DNA of 59,312 bases, the filler included, from Catajapyx aquilonaris (taxonomy: Eukaryota), in NCBI GenBank assembly GCA_000934665.2. It is 4 parts of 4 records of this genome, joined end to end, with 100 filler letters (N's around TTAATTAATTAA, not from the genome) between each part and the next. Parts side by side here need not be neighbours in the genome. Positions count along the whole stretch, not along the records: positions 1 to 14,776 come from JYFJ02007695.1; positions 14,877 to 29,622 come from JYFJ02007696.1; 2 more parts are not named here. One strand, written 5' to 3'. The notes beneath the pieces were generated by a model that was given only the letters and a program-made list of their open reading frames with translations, was not told where the DNA came from and made no database searches. Shown here piece by piece: positions 1 through 18,980 of this stretch. Position 1 is the first letter of the stretch. Each line of letters starts with the position of its first letter. The position numbers and the translations under genes were made by a program.

Positions 1-1484
1 GCACCACAGAAATAGACACCTTCATGTTGAGGTAGGGCGTTCAAAAATATAAAACCAACTTTTGGATCAAATCTGATCGCACCTGATGATATCACATACT
101 AAAAAAACACAAGTTGAACACACTTCATACTTCACCAAATAAGTTGTTTGTTAATCTTATATTTTTGTTCGGAATGTTTCACTCTTGTGCCTTGGTATTC
201 TGATACACTCACCGATTGGGCGATTATGACTGGATCGTTTCCAGGAACCCTTTTCCAGAGACTAACCACCACGTTTGCATGTATGGGTCGACATGGAATA
301 ATGAAACGTTGGTGCAAGTAGGCCGAAACAGTCAGGTTTTGTCTCACTTCATGATGCTCCACAATCAAGCTCTTGACTATCACACTGGGAGCATCTTATT
401 GCAAGGAAAATTTAATCATATCGCCATATAATTATTGTCATGTTGATAAGATATTGATGTTGCCTTACTTCGCACGTAAACGTATATTTGGCTTCCAAGC
501 CCATTGAGTGCATCGGAGCAGTAGAAGTATCCAGTGTTTTTGGGCAGTATTCCTGTGACTCTCAATACGGCCACGTACTTGAATGCACTTACGTCATACG
601 TGCCGGTAAACTCCTCTGTGTATGAAGTACTGCTCTGGTATAATATAGAGTACATGAAGCATTAATAATTTGTGTATCATAGACACAGCCTGCAACACTT
701 TCGGTTGACGTCACAAATTGGGCATTGTTCATAATGCTTTAATTTTTTAAATATTCAGAATTATTTATCCAAAACGTACATGCAGACAATGAGCTACATG
801 CGGCATACGACATGTCACACAAGCACACGCATATCAATTATAATTTTGTTAGTATTAAATGCAAACAAACACAACAATTCTACAGAAGTGCAACAATATA
901 GCAGAGAGCATTATTAATCGGTTTAAAAAATTTCCTACATAGAAATAACGGCAAAGAAAAATTCAATTAATTGACAAATTTGTCAATAAAATTCTAAAAT
1001 ACGAGCCATCACTGAAAATCAATTGATATTACAATTGAGAAAATTTACCTTAGAAAACCGTCATCGTCATTATTTACAAATTTATCCATAAGGCATACAG
1101 TACTGTTAATATAAAACTTGAAAATATTCAAATTTTCACTCTCAGAAGAATAGATGAGATGTTACGGATAAGCAAAAACATTGTTAACTGTACATCATTA
1201 AGCGGGTTGCGACTGATATGTGAGGCTCGAACCCATTCCTCCTGCTTGGGAAAAGTCCAGCTGATGTTTGGATTCGTGTGTCGACATATAAGCTCCAGAA
1301 CACGACCTTGTTCCCAAGACAGAAAGTCCTTTGCTGGAAATATCCTCGGATGATCGGGTCTAAACCGAGCTTGGCAATCTGTTGGTCAAAATTATCCGAT
1401 TATTATTTGTTGCCAAATTTGCAGACTGTTAAAATCCTTACCGTTGGTCCAGAGAAAGAGTAATAGGAGAATAAGCCCAGCCAT
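1..1484 (-). CDS. PVR/VEGFR-like Ig-domain receptor, 5' part (signal peptide plus first two Ig domains); continues beyond the window start
   Basis: Phase-consistent GT-AG exons 1484-1442 (MAGLILLLLFLWTN, signal peptide), 1378-1233 (LELICRHTNPNISWTFP), 634-469 (TGYFYC...IYVYVR), 384-213 (IIPCRPIHANVVVSLWK), 82-1 (FDPKVGF...GVYFC). IPCRP and FDPKxGF are typical of VEGFR/PDGFR/PVR Ig domain 2. No kinase domain is in the window. Confidence 0.8.
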
Positions 1485-1719
1485 GTTGACCCCTTTTATG
1501 TAAATCAACGCACTAGTCTGGATATAGAGTGCACTGTACTGTATACGCACCTAGGAAGTTTGTAACCCTGATAAGAAAAAAAAATGTGGTTGCGTCCCTC
1601 GCTTCCTATGTGGTCAAAGGCGGAAACTTAAGCTCACGATAAAAATAGCAGAGATGCAAATAATTTTTGTGCACATGCTTGCATTTTATTATAAGGACAC
1701 ATTTTAATGACAGTTACTA

Positions 1720-3230
<1,511 letters not shown>

Positions 3231-3573
3231 CTTGATGAGTTGTTGGTTCTGTATATCTACTAATTCAGAGTCACTTGGTTTATATATAGGCGCGTAAGAA
3301 AAATATTCCTATCAATGGTGGTGATAACGCTTTGTTGACATTATCAGAACACGTGTGTCGTAATTTGTTTTTGTGCTGGGATTTTCCAGGCATACTGGAC
3401 TGGACATGATGATTGACGTACTCGTGAAGTACCTTCATCCGCTTTTTTAAAAAAAACTGATATACTGAACTTCTCTAACTGATAATGTCTCATCAGGTTG
3501 ACTAAAGGTTGTATAGCCTACGATATTAAGACAGATCATCGATTGAAATGTATTTTATTATGGAATGAACAAT

Positions 3574-5247
<1,674 letters not shown>

Positions 5248-6099
5248 GTTGACGTCTGTTTAGTTTCGCGCACTTCAGTAAACACTGACAAGCCGATGCT
5301 TCTGTTATGTAATGCAAGTGTAAAATATTCACAATTGATTAGGAAAGATCTATATCAACCAACCATTCAAGCGCGTGTTGCAAACTACGTAATATCATGA
5401 TTTTTTCCTTATTGTAATCTGATATCGGTGATACTGCTGCCTGCGATTAAATGTCTCAAGTATTTACGTAAAAATTCCTTTCGTGAGTAGCAAGGTGTGC
5501 AGCCTTTGATATTAATAACTAGTGAGATCCTATTTCGTCATTAAGCAGCTACATCTAGCTGTTATCAAAATACTAGTTGCTGTTGTATTATAGGTTACAA
5601 TCCTTCCTCTGAGATCTCTCACCAGATACACCCGGGTCTGACGGAGGATACTTATGTGAATAGAGTTTCGATGGGTTCTCTCCGTGTTCGCGTGGGTTTT
5701 CTCGAGGTAATCTCGTTTCCTCTCGCAATCAAAATCCATCACAGCGCATTGTTTTTGCAGGGCAGAATAAAAGGTTACGGATTGTTTTCTCCAGCAACCA
5801 GTTTAAATCATATCCGCAATGGCCAGTTCATGTCACTTCAAAAATGTTGCACCTCGTAAAACTAGTTTATGGAACAATCCATAACGCTTCTCCAGACTGA
5901 GTATTTGGGCAATGCAATGCAAAACGATGCATAAATATTTAAATATGGTGCACCCGTTCAGCCTAATACGACTTATACAGTTATACCATACGAAACTAGC
6001 TACTCCCAAAATAATCGCCTAAAATAAGCAGTTCAGTGGTAAAATATTATTAAAAACAATATTTCCAAAGCTTGGTGTCGACGCAATCAAGAAATGCTA

Positions 6100-6585
6100 C
6101 AGACGACAGTGCCCAGATTTTTCAAGAAGTAAACGTGTCAACTGCAGATGTGCAATTGAATTTTGCCACGTGTTCTTGGAAGGCAAAAAAATATTTTAAT
6201 ACATTCAAAAATTACCATAATTATTGTGCGCTGTAAGTGCGCGTACCGATAAGTGCAACAGTGCGTATCGGTTAATGAGTATAAGGCCAAGTTGATGGTT
6301 GCAAAATTATTTCGTAATATCTTAGTGAACAATATTACAAGTATGTGCGATCGCCGATAATAACATCACTGTATTTATTGCACAGGGTGACTCTAAAGTC
6401 AGGATACACAGGCCATTGAATTGCATTGTTGGTTTCTAGTTGTGGCAACTAGCAGATTGTTGACACTTAATAAAGGTTGAGTTGGCACTGTTGGCACTTG
6501 GAGTTGGCACAACTGAAAACCAACAATGTAATTCAATTGCCTATATGTATCCTGACTTTAGAGTCACCCTGTATTCACATATTAT
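6100..6585 (-). repeat. Orphan copy of the cathepsin 3'-flank block
   Basis: Clearly similar (e.g. gcaattgaattttgccacgtg...caaaaaaatattt) to 6860-7240 and 11770-12130, which lie just downstream of cathepsin stop codons. This copy has no adjacent CDS. Confidence 0.75.
6383..6571. mobile_element. Tc1/mariner-type MITE (hairpin)
   Basis: TIRs CAGGGTGACTCTAAAGTCAGGATAC / GTATCCTGACTTTAGAGTCACCCTG. A paralogous empty site (ttattgta|ttcacatatta) is visible at ~12352-12370. Confidence 0.85.
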
Positions 6586-7291
6586 AGGGAAGGGGTGTAG
6601 GAGTAGGGGTCACCCAGACATGTCCAGAGAATGGCTATTAAAAACAAAATAATTTGGCACACAATTCAGCTTTATAATCAAGCAATGATTTTTGTAATCT
6701 CTGTCGCAAATGCAATGTGTACTGATGTGTATAATTATGACCCATCACTTCGAAGTTGAACTGAACCCTTTGGATATAGTACGTATAAATCTACTAGAAA
6801 TAGGCAACTTCAATCGATAAATTACAATAGAAAACAATTCAACGCTCTGTGTAGATCCTGTAAACCACAATCGCTACAGACGACCACGCCCAGATTTGTC
6901 TAGAAGTAAAAGTGCCACCAGTAGATGGGCAATTGAATTTTGCCACGTGCTTCTGATGCAAAAAAATATTTATATACACTCAAAAAATAATTACAATATT
7001 CAAGTGCGTTTACCGATATTGTACATCAGTACATGTTGGTATGTGTACAGTTTCTCAGTTTGTGCGTACAGTCCGTACAAAGCTGAAAAAAACCAGTCAA
7101 GTTATAATATGATATTATATGGCCTACTTATTCATAACAGCTGAAATTTAATTCGCAATATTTTGGGGAACAATCAATTACACGTATATATGACTCCATT
7201 AATACATATCACTGCACTTATTGTGTTCTCATATATTTATTATGAGATTAAAATAAGCCGACATTAACATTAACTAAATAATTATTATTGT

Positions 7292-8836
<1,545 letters not shown>

Positions 8837-9401
8837 GTTGCTGAGGCACTGCAGTTGTATCAAGCAGCTATTGATATAATTTTGTTGTGAAATGTTCAGG
8901 TCAGTTTGCAGAGGTAATCTTATCGACAGCGTCGGAGAGTTTTCTTTATGCATGTTGCAAAGGCGTCTTATTGATCATGGTTGATTTCGGAAGCTGTTTT
9001 AGAAGGTGGTTAATTTTTTTTTAAAAAAAAGCTGATCAACGATCTAATGGGCCATGTCCTAATAACGACGCTTAAACACAATTGCATTTGGCGCACAATA
9101 AATTCAGCTTTAATAAAGCAATACCTAGTTCCAAACATTTTAATGGGGCCCTTTCCCTTCCCCCCTCGGCGTATGATTGGCCTTTGTATCTCTCTAGCTC
9201 CTCCCATCACCCCCATTTTGCCCCACCTGTCCAGATATGAAATCTGACGCCATTTCTTAGCGATGTAAGATTGTCGGCCGTTGCCCTGGCAGCTGACGAT
9301 GGTCAACAATGCCTTCCTTCGTTTGTTGACGTTGAATATTATGGTATAACCTGCTCAGTTCGATTATACACGGTTTGGTTGTTCAATCCAATAATATTGA
9401 C

Positions 9402-10105
9402 ATGGTTTCCATCCTTGGGCCGGCTGCCGCTCGGACTGGTGTAGACTACCACCTTCTCCACGTAGTCATCCTGGCGATGGTGGCCTTGCCAGGTAAAAGC
9501 CATATTATGCACACTGTGCAGGGGTTCCGTGTTTTCAACGATGGTTCTTGTCCGCAGCCGCAGGTCTGGAGTGCTATTTTCTGGAGTGCCACGCAGGTGA
9601 GCAGTGCAAAGGCTCAGACGGACAATTGATGGATTGCGACATGTTAGATGTAATTGGACCGGAAATGACGGGAGACTATTACGAAGCCGTATTCAAACAT
9701 CCAGATTGCTCCGAATCCGATTGTTCTTGGTACTGCGTCGCTGCTACCATCCGAAGTAAGCAGTGCCAACAATATGGCCATGGTACTGCAAGTAGTGGCT
9801 GCAGTTTATATACGCATAATTATGTTTCTTTCTCCCCAGAGGGCACTGCCTTCAGCTGCTTGAAAATGCCCGAGAAGAAATACAATGTGTTCAGGAATTG
9901 CGGGCCAATGACTGAATCACAAACTGGAAAATTAATAGCAACGATCTGTGCTTGCGAATGGGACGAGTGCAACAGAGGTCGGAACCCGTCCATCCCATCC
10001 AAAGGTGGACTTGCCCAGGCCCCATCCGCCGCCGTCGTCTGTCTCCTCCTGCTCGTCGTCGTCTGGCTGGCTGCATCTAATGAGAATAAAAACTTAACGA
10101 CCTGA
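9402..10105 (+). CDS. Ly6/uPAR three-finger (quiver/sleepless-like) GPI-anchored protein
   Basis: Exons 9402-9492 (hydrophobic leader), 9558-9755 (LECYFLEC...), 9840-10105. Cys-rich, ending in CACEWDECN, followed by a spacer and a hydrophobic C-terminal tail (AAVVCLLLLVVVWLAA). Confidence 0.82.
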
Positions 10106-10191
10106 CAATCATGCACATGGATATATAGCACGGAGGCAGGATATTTCAAGTCTTCTCCGATTTCGACCAAAACTGAGTATGTTGCAATGTA

Positions 10192-10403
10192 CACCCGCGA
10201 GCATAAAGATGGAGACGGCAGGCCCTCACCTTCGGCAGGCTGCTCTGCCAATCTCAGCAATTACAGTATCAAATATACTGTCATAAATACATGAACACAC
10301 GCCTGAAGCAGCTAACTCGGTCCAAAAATAGTTCATTAATTTGAGTCGGATTTTTAAAAAATCAAAAAAGGGCCTGCCGTCTCTATCTTTATGCTCGCGG
10401 GGG
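10192..10403. mobile_element. MITE with ~34-bp TIRs, TA-flanked
   Basis: CACCCGCGAGCATAAAGATGGAGACGGCAGGCCC ... GGGCCTGCCGTCTCTATCTTTATGCTCGCGGGGG, with TA on both sides. Confidence 0.8.
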
Positions 10404-10827
10404 TACGTACTACTAGCTGGCACTAGTACCCACGTACCTATGCAAGTGTCCCGTTTCGTTGGTCCCTGTGACGCAGGGTTGCATAACTACCGGGTGAGAA
10501 AGATATGGATTTTTGAGAATTTTGCCTCCGTTCGCCATCACTTGGAGGGCCATAATTTTGGAAGATTGTATCATAATTAATCCGAAATATGACTAATTAC
10601 TAATGTAATGGGAAGCTATTTTAACACCCTTTCAGATGGTAGTAATCAGGTTTGTGATAATTGAAATTTCGAAGTAAAGATGGGGCCCAAATTTTTCATT
10701 TGTATTTTTCTCAAATGTGAGCATTTAAAGAAATTTTTTGAATTGAGCTTAAAATGAAGCCTGAAATATTTTATTGGGAATTATGAAAAATATAGAAGTT
10801 GACGGTTTTGGATATTAGCCAGATATA

Positions 10828-10954
10828 GGGCCGGTTTCACCAAGCCCGGTTTTTATAAAAACCCCGGTTCTTTCGGAAAATCCCTATTCTATGAGCAGGG
10901 ATTTTCCGAAAGAACCGGGGTTTTTATGAAAACCTGCCTTGGTGAAACCGGCCC
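10828..10954. mobile_element. Palindromic MITE (Harbinger/Tourist-like ends)
   Basis: GGGCCGGTTTCACCAAG ... CTTGGTGAAACCGGCCC; almost the whole element is one hairpin. Confidence 0.8.
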
Positions 10955-12166
10955 TATAAAAACATTTTGTGCGTCAAACGTGCCCCGTAAATGAAGTCAC
11001 TTCAATTGGCAACAAAATTTCACCAGTATTTTTGGCTTAAAAATTATTCATACTGCATGTTACGAGAAAGCCTGATTCTACCCAGGTCATAGTAAACACC
11101 GACGTGAATGATCAATCAAGAAAGATATGCTGCATTAAGTTGAAAGCCCTTTGAGGAAGGATTAATTAGTTTCAGAATTCTTGGTGTCTTGTAAGTATGT
11201 CCAAATGAATGGTCACGCACGTGACTCAATGTGCTTTATGTCAGGGGTTCCCGTTGAGGTGCCCCTCCTGGTGGTCCGGAGCTAAGTACTCTTGTGTTCT
11301 AATCAAGCCATTTTGGGCATAGCACAGCCCATAAGTGACTTCATGCACAAAGGAAAATATAGGCTAGCTGGAATAAAATCGGAAAAAATGAATTAATACT
11401 CTTTCACTTCATCATCCTGGTCCCAAAATATTGATTATAAGGTATAGTTATCACGATTATCGCGGATTAGTTAAATGTCAAGGATTCGGGGATTCGGGGG
11501 TACGAGAAGGACCAACTGCTCTCAAAGGGGTACGAACTACGAAGGCCCGAAAAGGTTGGGGACCACTGCTTTAATATATCGTCTCAGTATACTCTGTCGC
11601 AAATGTAATGTGTACTGTGTGTAGAGTACATATGACCCATCACTTCGAACGTTCGAAGTTGAAATGAGCCATTCGGATATAACTACTGAAAATAAGCATC
11701 TTCGTGCGATAAATAATTTGCCAATATTTATTATAGAAAACAATTCGACGGTCTGTGTAGATGTAAACCACCATAAATGCTACAGACGATCACGTCCAGA
11801 TTTGTCTAGAAGTAAAAGTGCCACCTGTGGATGGGCAATTGAATTTTGCCGCGTGCTTCTGGAGGCAAAAAAATATTTATATACACTCAAAAAATAATTA
11901 CAATCTATGCACTCTAAGTGCGTTTACCGATATTGTACGAATAGTACGTGTTGGTATGCGTACAGTCCGTACAGTGCTGGAAAAAAACAGTGAAGCATAA
12001 TAGCATACCTATTCGTAACAGCTGAAACAGGGAGCATATACTACATGTATACATGTAGTATATGCTCCCTGGCTGAAATGTTAATTGACTTGATTAATAC
12101 ATACAGCACTGATTGTATTCACGTATTATGAGATTGGAATAAACCCACATTAACCTTAATTATTAT

Positions 12167-12214
12167 TCAGACAATCGGGTATGAAGCGTCAGTTGCAATT
12201 CCGCACGGGTTGTT
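12167..12214 (-). pseudogene. Isolated cathepsin 3'-end fragment ([15 protein letters not shown])
   Basis: Near-identical to the end of copy 3. Truncated upstream by a TE-like end (tacagttgaatccggatataac on the minus strand). Confidence 0.8.
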
Positions 12215-12367
12215 ATACACGAGTCTGTTATAGACGAGGCTGTTATATCCGGATTCAACTGTACCAGCTGAAATGGTGGATGCGGAAAATTTATTTCACA
12301 ATATTTTTGACGAACAATTACCGGTGTATGATTTAATACATATCACTGCACTTATTGTATTCACATA

Positions 12368-13864
<1,497 letters not shown>

Positions 13865-14473
13865 ATTGATTCGTGATGGTCGGTTATGACCGGTTAAGAC
13901 ACTGCAGTGCATCAAGCCATCCATTACATATACTCGTGCAATTTCGTTGCGAAATGTTCAGGTCAGAATGCACAGGTAATCTTATCGACAATGTCGGAAG
14001 GTTTTCCTCTTGGTTTTCCTTATGCATGTTGCCAAGGCGTATGATTGATCGTGATTGATTTCGGAATCTTTCAGAATGTGGTTCATAAAAAATAGCTGAT
14101 CACCGATTTATAAGGACACGTCCTAAAGACGACAGATACAATCCTATTATCCATCTACTCCGTGCTCTGTCGCAAATGCAGTATTTAATGCGGGTTCTTC
14201 CATCCCGTCAGTGCCTGACTGATAGTCATAAACAGAATGCCGTTTCTGTTACAATTTCATGGCGACATCTCTGTCACAGGCCGATCAAAAATAACTGCGT
14301 ATCAGACCTTAGAGAGATTACCATCAGTGAACGTGTTCAGGTAAATTAGATAATGCTTGACGTCAGGTAATGGATGAGTCAGGTAATTCGATACACAGAT
14401 TGCAAGTCAATTTTTATTGGACAGGAAAAATAAATCGGGTTTGTTGCATTTTTGTACATTACAAAGTGTGAAA

Positions 14474-14776
<303 letters not shown>

Positions 14777-14876
14777 NNNNNNNNNNNNNNNNNNNNNNNN
14801 NNNNNNNNNNNNNNNNNNNNTTAATTAATTAANNNNNNNNNNNNNNNNNNNNNNNNNNNNNNNNNNNNNNNNNNNN
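14777..14876. other. Assembly gap with artificial TTAATTAATTAA linker
   Basis: N-run plus a six-frame stop linker. Identical structures at 29623-29722 and 44463-44562. Confidence 0.95.
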
Positions 14877-15701
14877 CTGAGGACGTTGAGATGCGCCGAT
14901 GGGAGAAAGTGGCTCGGGCTCTGGGAAATCGTACTTCACTGCAGGTTCAGAGCCGTGTTCAGAAGTACTTCCTGAAGTTACAAAGACTTGGACTTCCAAT
15001 TCCAGGAAAGCTGAAGCCTCTCCCAGTACAGAAAAAGGTATCACATCACTGATGCTTGTTATAATACACATGTGGGAGGAGAATGCTCAACACANCATAG
15101 TGAGGATGATTCACAAATTAATTTTGCAATGTCCTCCTTGCAAGCATTTGGGAATATAGCATTTTAAGTTGCGGAAATTGATGTTATAGGAAGTCAGTTA
15201 TTGCGAGGTCAGTAACTTGGAAACTTTTGCTAATGTGGTTGTTCTTCTCCATTTCAGCAACGTAGCAACAATCATTTATGGAAACCCTCGACCTTCCTTG
15301 CAACCATGTCTACCTACGACGCCTTCCCTCCATATACGTACACTGCATCACCCAAAGTCGAACAAAGAAGTAGCAACAGTCCTGGCTTCCAAATTAGAGC
15401 ACCTCAGGGACAACTGGCTGGGAAGCACCCACCCACCCCTGTGGTAAACAAGGAGGAGGAGTACCAGTGTGACGGATGCGGTGCAACACCTATTCCTGGA
15501 ACTCGATGGAACTGCGGTGGTTGTCCAGATTTGAAGGATCCCACGGACAGCGTTGACTTCTGCCCCATGTGCGTCATTCACTCACCGAAAGCACAACCAC
15601 ATTGGGCCCACTCTTTGAAGGCAACTCCAGAAAGCATTGGGAGTGGGAATAAGAAATCATTGAAAAGAAAGTCATGTTTGACAAGTGCAGGCAGCATGTG
15701 A
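14877..15701 (+). CDS. ZZZ3: ZZ-type zinc finger protein 3 (ATAC subunit, SANT/Myb plus ZZ), 3' part
   Basis: Exon 14877-15037 EDVEMRRWEKVARALGNRTSLQVQSRVQKYFLKLQRLGLPIPG (ZZZ3 SANT domain). Exon 15258-15701 has KPSTF and the ZZ finger CDGC...RWNCGGC...DFCPMC. The 5' part is lost in the gap. Confidence 0.9.
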
Positions 15702-15726
15702 TTTATTGTACTTTGCAATGGGCACT

Positions 15727-18042
15727 TCAGGACTGGAGGTAACCCCTGAAAAGAAATTAAAACAGTATTAACCGTGAAAGTAGTCAATGTGTGCAAGTAC
15801 TAATTAAACACTTGTTTTGCACAACAATGGTGTGGTTGCTGATTCAATAGTGTTGCAGTGTGTGAAAGGCTTACTTCCCAGCTGGACATTTCTGCTGGGA
15901 AGTACTGTGCCTATACAGGGTGTTTGTTACTAGTCCAGCCAAGGGCCGTCAGCGTATTCCTTGAGCCAAAAGAAGTCGAAAATGGAGGGGGGAGAGATGT
16001 CGAGGGAGCAACCCTTAACATGACCTTGAGTAGAAACATTGGTCACTGGTTGCGGAAGGAGCAGGATATGAGCGTGAAAATGGCGACTGTTGGCGTTTGC
16101 AAGGTCACCTCTTTCACGGAAGTGATTATCACCGCTCATATCCTGCAACTTTGGCAACCACCGGCCAATGTTTCTGGTCATCTACCTTGTTAACGGTTGG
16201 TCCCTCGACATTCTCTTTCCCCCCCCCCCACACACACACACACAGCCTTGTCTTCACTAAGGCGTGGGGACGTGAAAATTCAACTTTTCGAAGCGAGTGT
16301 AAACTAAACTAACCTAACCTAACCTACACTAACTAACTAACCTAGGCTGAGAAAAATTGACTTTTGTGAAACCCTACAACTGAAAATAGTGGGGACATGT
16401 CCCCACTAATTTACACATGTCCCCACTGTAATGGTACACAGTGTGTGTGAAACACTGTGGGGACCGAGAAATGTCCCCACAATGCGGACTTGTCCCCACA
16501 GCTTCAGTAGAAACCCAGACCTCCGTCCCCACACCTTATTGAAGACATGAACACACCCACACACACATTTTCGACTTGTTTTGGCCCAAGGAATAAGCTG
16601 ACGGCCGTTGGCTGGACTAGTTAGTAACACCCTGATAGACATAGACAAGCCCTCATACATGATTGATTTGATTTAGGTTCATGATATATAAATACTGGTT
16701 GATGACTTCGAATCATGTTGTCCATACCGTTTGCAATATTCTACCAAAAGCAATGTTACAATTTTCAGTGTCCATTGATGCAATAAAGTGAAATGGGCTG
16801 GACATTACTTCCCTCTTTTTTTCCACAACTCCTCCTCTGGTTGGATTAATATTCTTGATGCAAGCATAGTAGTATCCAAAACAAGTAACCCATCCCCCAA
16901 TAGAAAATAGGAACAAAGTTGTGCACTTACGGGAGCTTCATGCGCATGAAGATCCAGCAGGTGAAGAAAGAGAGCAGGATGCAGAGAAAGCCAACGAAAA
17001 TGAGCAGCATCCGATTGAGCTTGGGGGTGGTTGGGTTGTGGGTGTGGTCCAGCACAACGAAGCCCAGTCCTCCAAGCGTGAACAGGAAGCTTGATGCCAA
17101 GCCTTCCATTATGTACTGTCCATTTACACGGTACTGCATGAATGCAACCTGCAGGATATTAATGCCATTAATTTAATTGATTGGTGATTGTGGTGGACTA
17201 TTTCAATGTTTACCGAATCAAATTCCTGTTAATGCAATTGTTAGTCCATGCCAACTCATAGTGAGCTGCACCTTCAAGTTTGATTTAGAATCACACATAC
17301 TTTTGGAAGGACATGCCAACATGAGCTTTTCAATGGTTTATGCAACTTCCCGACATACTTGAAAGCGAGCCAGTGGAAATTATGTCCATAATATTATTAC
17401 TGATACAGGTGTGAGCTCAATTCTGAAACATGTGTAGGTTGTGGTGCACCTCTGCCTGCAGAAAATCTAGTCCAAGGGTGCTGCAGATTGTTTTTAAATT
17501 ATTATTTTTTTCCTAGTGCTATTGTGAACTTAATGTTTGATAGTGTAAAATGTGTCATGTATGATTTTATGTGCCTGCGATTCACTTTACACTGTCACTT
17601 TAAGGCTGTGGTTTGGAACTGAGGCAGCCAAGAGTATTACTAATCATGGAATTGGCTAAATATTTGCAGCAATCTAAGTCGATTCTCCAGACCAAACATG
17701 CATGTGGCAGCAGTAAATGAGTCAGATTTCTGGCAATATGAATGGACATACTGGCTTTGAAAATCCCCTCTCGTCCGTAGTAGACCCAACGCTTGGCGGC
17801 TCCACGATTACGTCATAGATGACCCCTGCAACGAAATGAGAGTCAGTAACGCATTGAAGACCTGTGTGCCCTGCCATCGTTCCTTCCTGAGGTGCGAACT
17901 CACCTCCAGTGACAAGAAAGTATGAAGCGAGCACGATGGAGAACATGGTCATGGCAGAGGGCTTCTGCAGCCACGAAGGCCTCTTCAGCTTCAGGTTGGG
18001 GATCTCCAGGAACGTGAAGGGGGCGCCGTACAAAGACTCCAT
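15727..18042 (-). CDS. OSTC: Oligosaccharyltransferase complex subunit OSTC (DC2)
   Basis: Exons 18042-17904, 17825-17752, 17148-16931, 15745-15727. Motifs [56 protein letters not shown]. Confidence 0.95.
15916..16634. mobile_element. Non-autonomous Tc1/mariner-type element in OSTC intron 3
   Basis: ~70-bp TIRs CAGGGTGTTTGTTACTAGTCCAGCCAA... / ...TTGGCTGGACTAGTTAGTAACACCCTG. Internal AACCT repeats and GTGGGGAC/GTCCCCAC motifs suggest a nested element. Confidence 0.8.
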
Positions 18043-18269
18043 GCTACGCTGCTTGGGGTTCCTTCTCCTCTTGATTTGGTGCTGAAGTCAGGGGACGTAA
18101 CGTGGTCTCGCAATCAGTCTCAAGGGCTGCCTGGCTGAAGGCTGAAGATGCTACACCAGAGAGTGTGACAACCAGGCTGGTTGCTGCAAACCAGAGGGAG
18201 CCACCGGAGCATGTGGTGGGGCATATGTGGGGTGTGCCGGGTGGGAAGGACACGCGGACATGCCTTACT

Positions 18270-18800
18270 CGTCGTGTCAATAGATCGGCTCGGATCGGCT
18301 CGATGCTATTTATTTGTGCGGGAGTCATTGCAGCTGAATTAAATATCGGGATGCGAAGGTTTATGTAATTCAATCTACTCTTTTTTTTTATCAGAGTTGA
18401 TCGACCGGCGTCATGGGCGTGTTCCTGCCGCTGCATGCCACGATTCACTATCAAATTGTACATTATTAATGAAGTGTGCCAAAGGTAGTAAGCAGATTAA
18501 TTTACTTATTTAGCTATAGTGATAAACATTGAGATTTTGTTAAATACATTTACTCAGTCATTTCTCGTCCTGTTCGTCAGCGGTGAAAATGAAACTCCAA
18601 GATGGCGTCACTTCTCAAAATCAGCAGTGGTTTAGCTGCTACTTATACTAGCTACTTCAGTTATCCGTGCCTCCTGCGATTAAATGGTTTTATTGCAACT
18701 TATGAACAACAGCCGTGCTCCACATTTTTTGACAATATTTGTACAATTTTAATTTAGTTGTGTAGGACTACCAATTGTGGCACCTGAGTGACGGGAGATG
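18270..18800. promoter_or_regulatory. Probable bidirectional promoter region of OSTC and LLPH
   Basis: The head-to-head start codons are 939 nt apart. YY1-type CAAGATGGCG at 18598-18607. Candidate OSTC 5'UTR donor (minus, gtaagg) near 18268. Confidence 0.5.
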
Positions 18801-18980
18801 GCAATGAGCGGTTTGCATCAGCTGGATACTCATCAGTTAGTAGGAGCCGCTATGCTTCGTGGCACGTTGCGTCGGCCATCATCATCAGCACGTGTGGTTG
18901 CGACGTCTCTCGTCTTCTTCTCTCCGCCCTGCATTTCGTCCCGTCTGCATCGCTCGTAGGGCAGGAATTGGCCTGAAGAG

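Noticed and set aside
14821..14832. TTAATTAATTAA palindrome recurring three times
   Set aside because: It is always centred in 100-nt N-runs, so it is an artificial scaffold linker.
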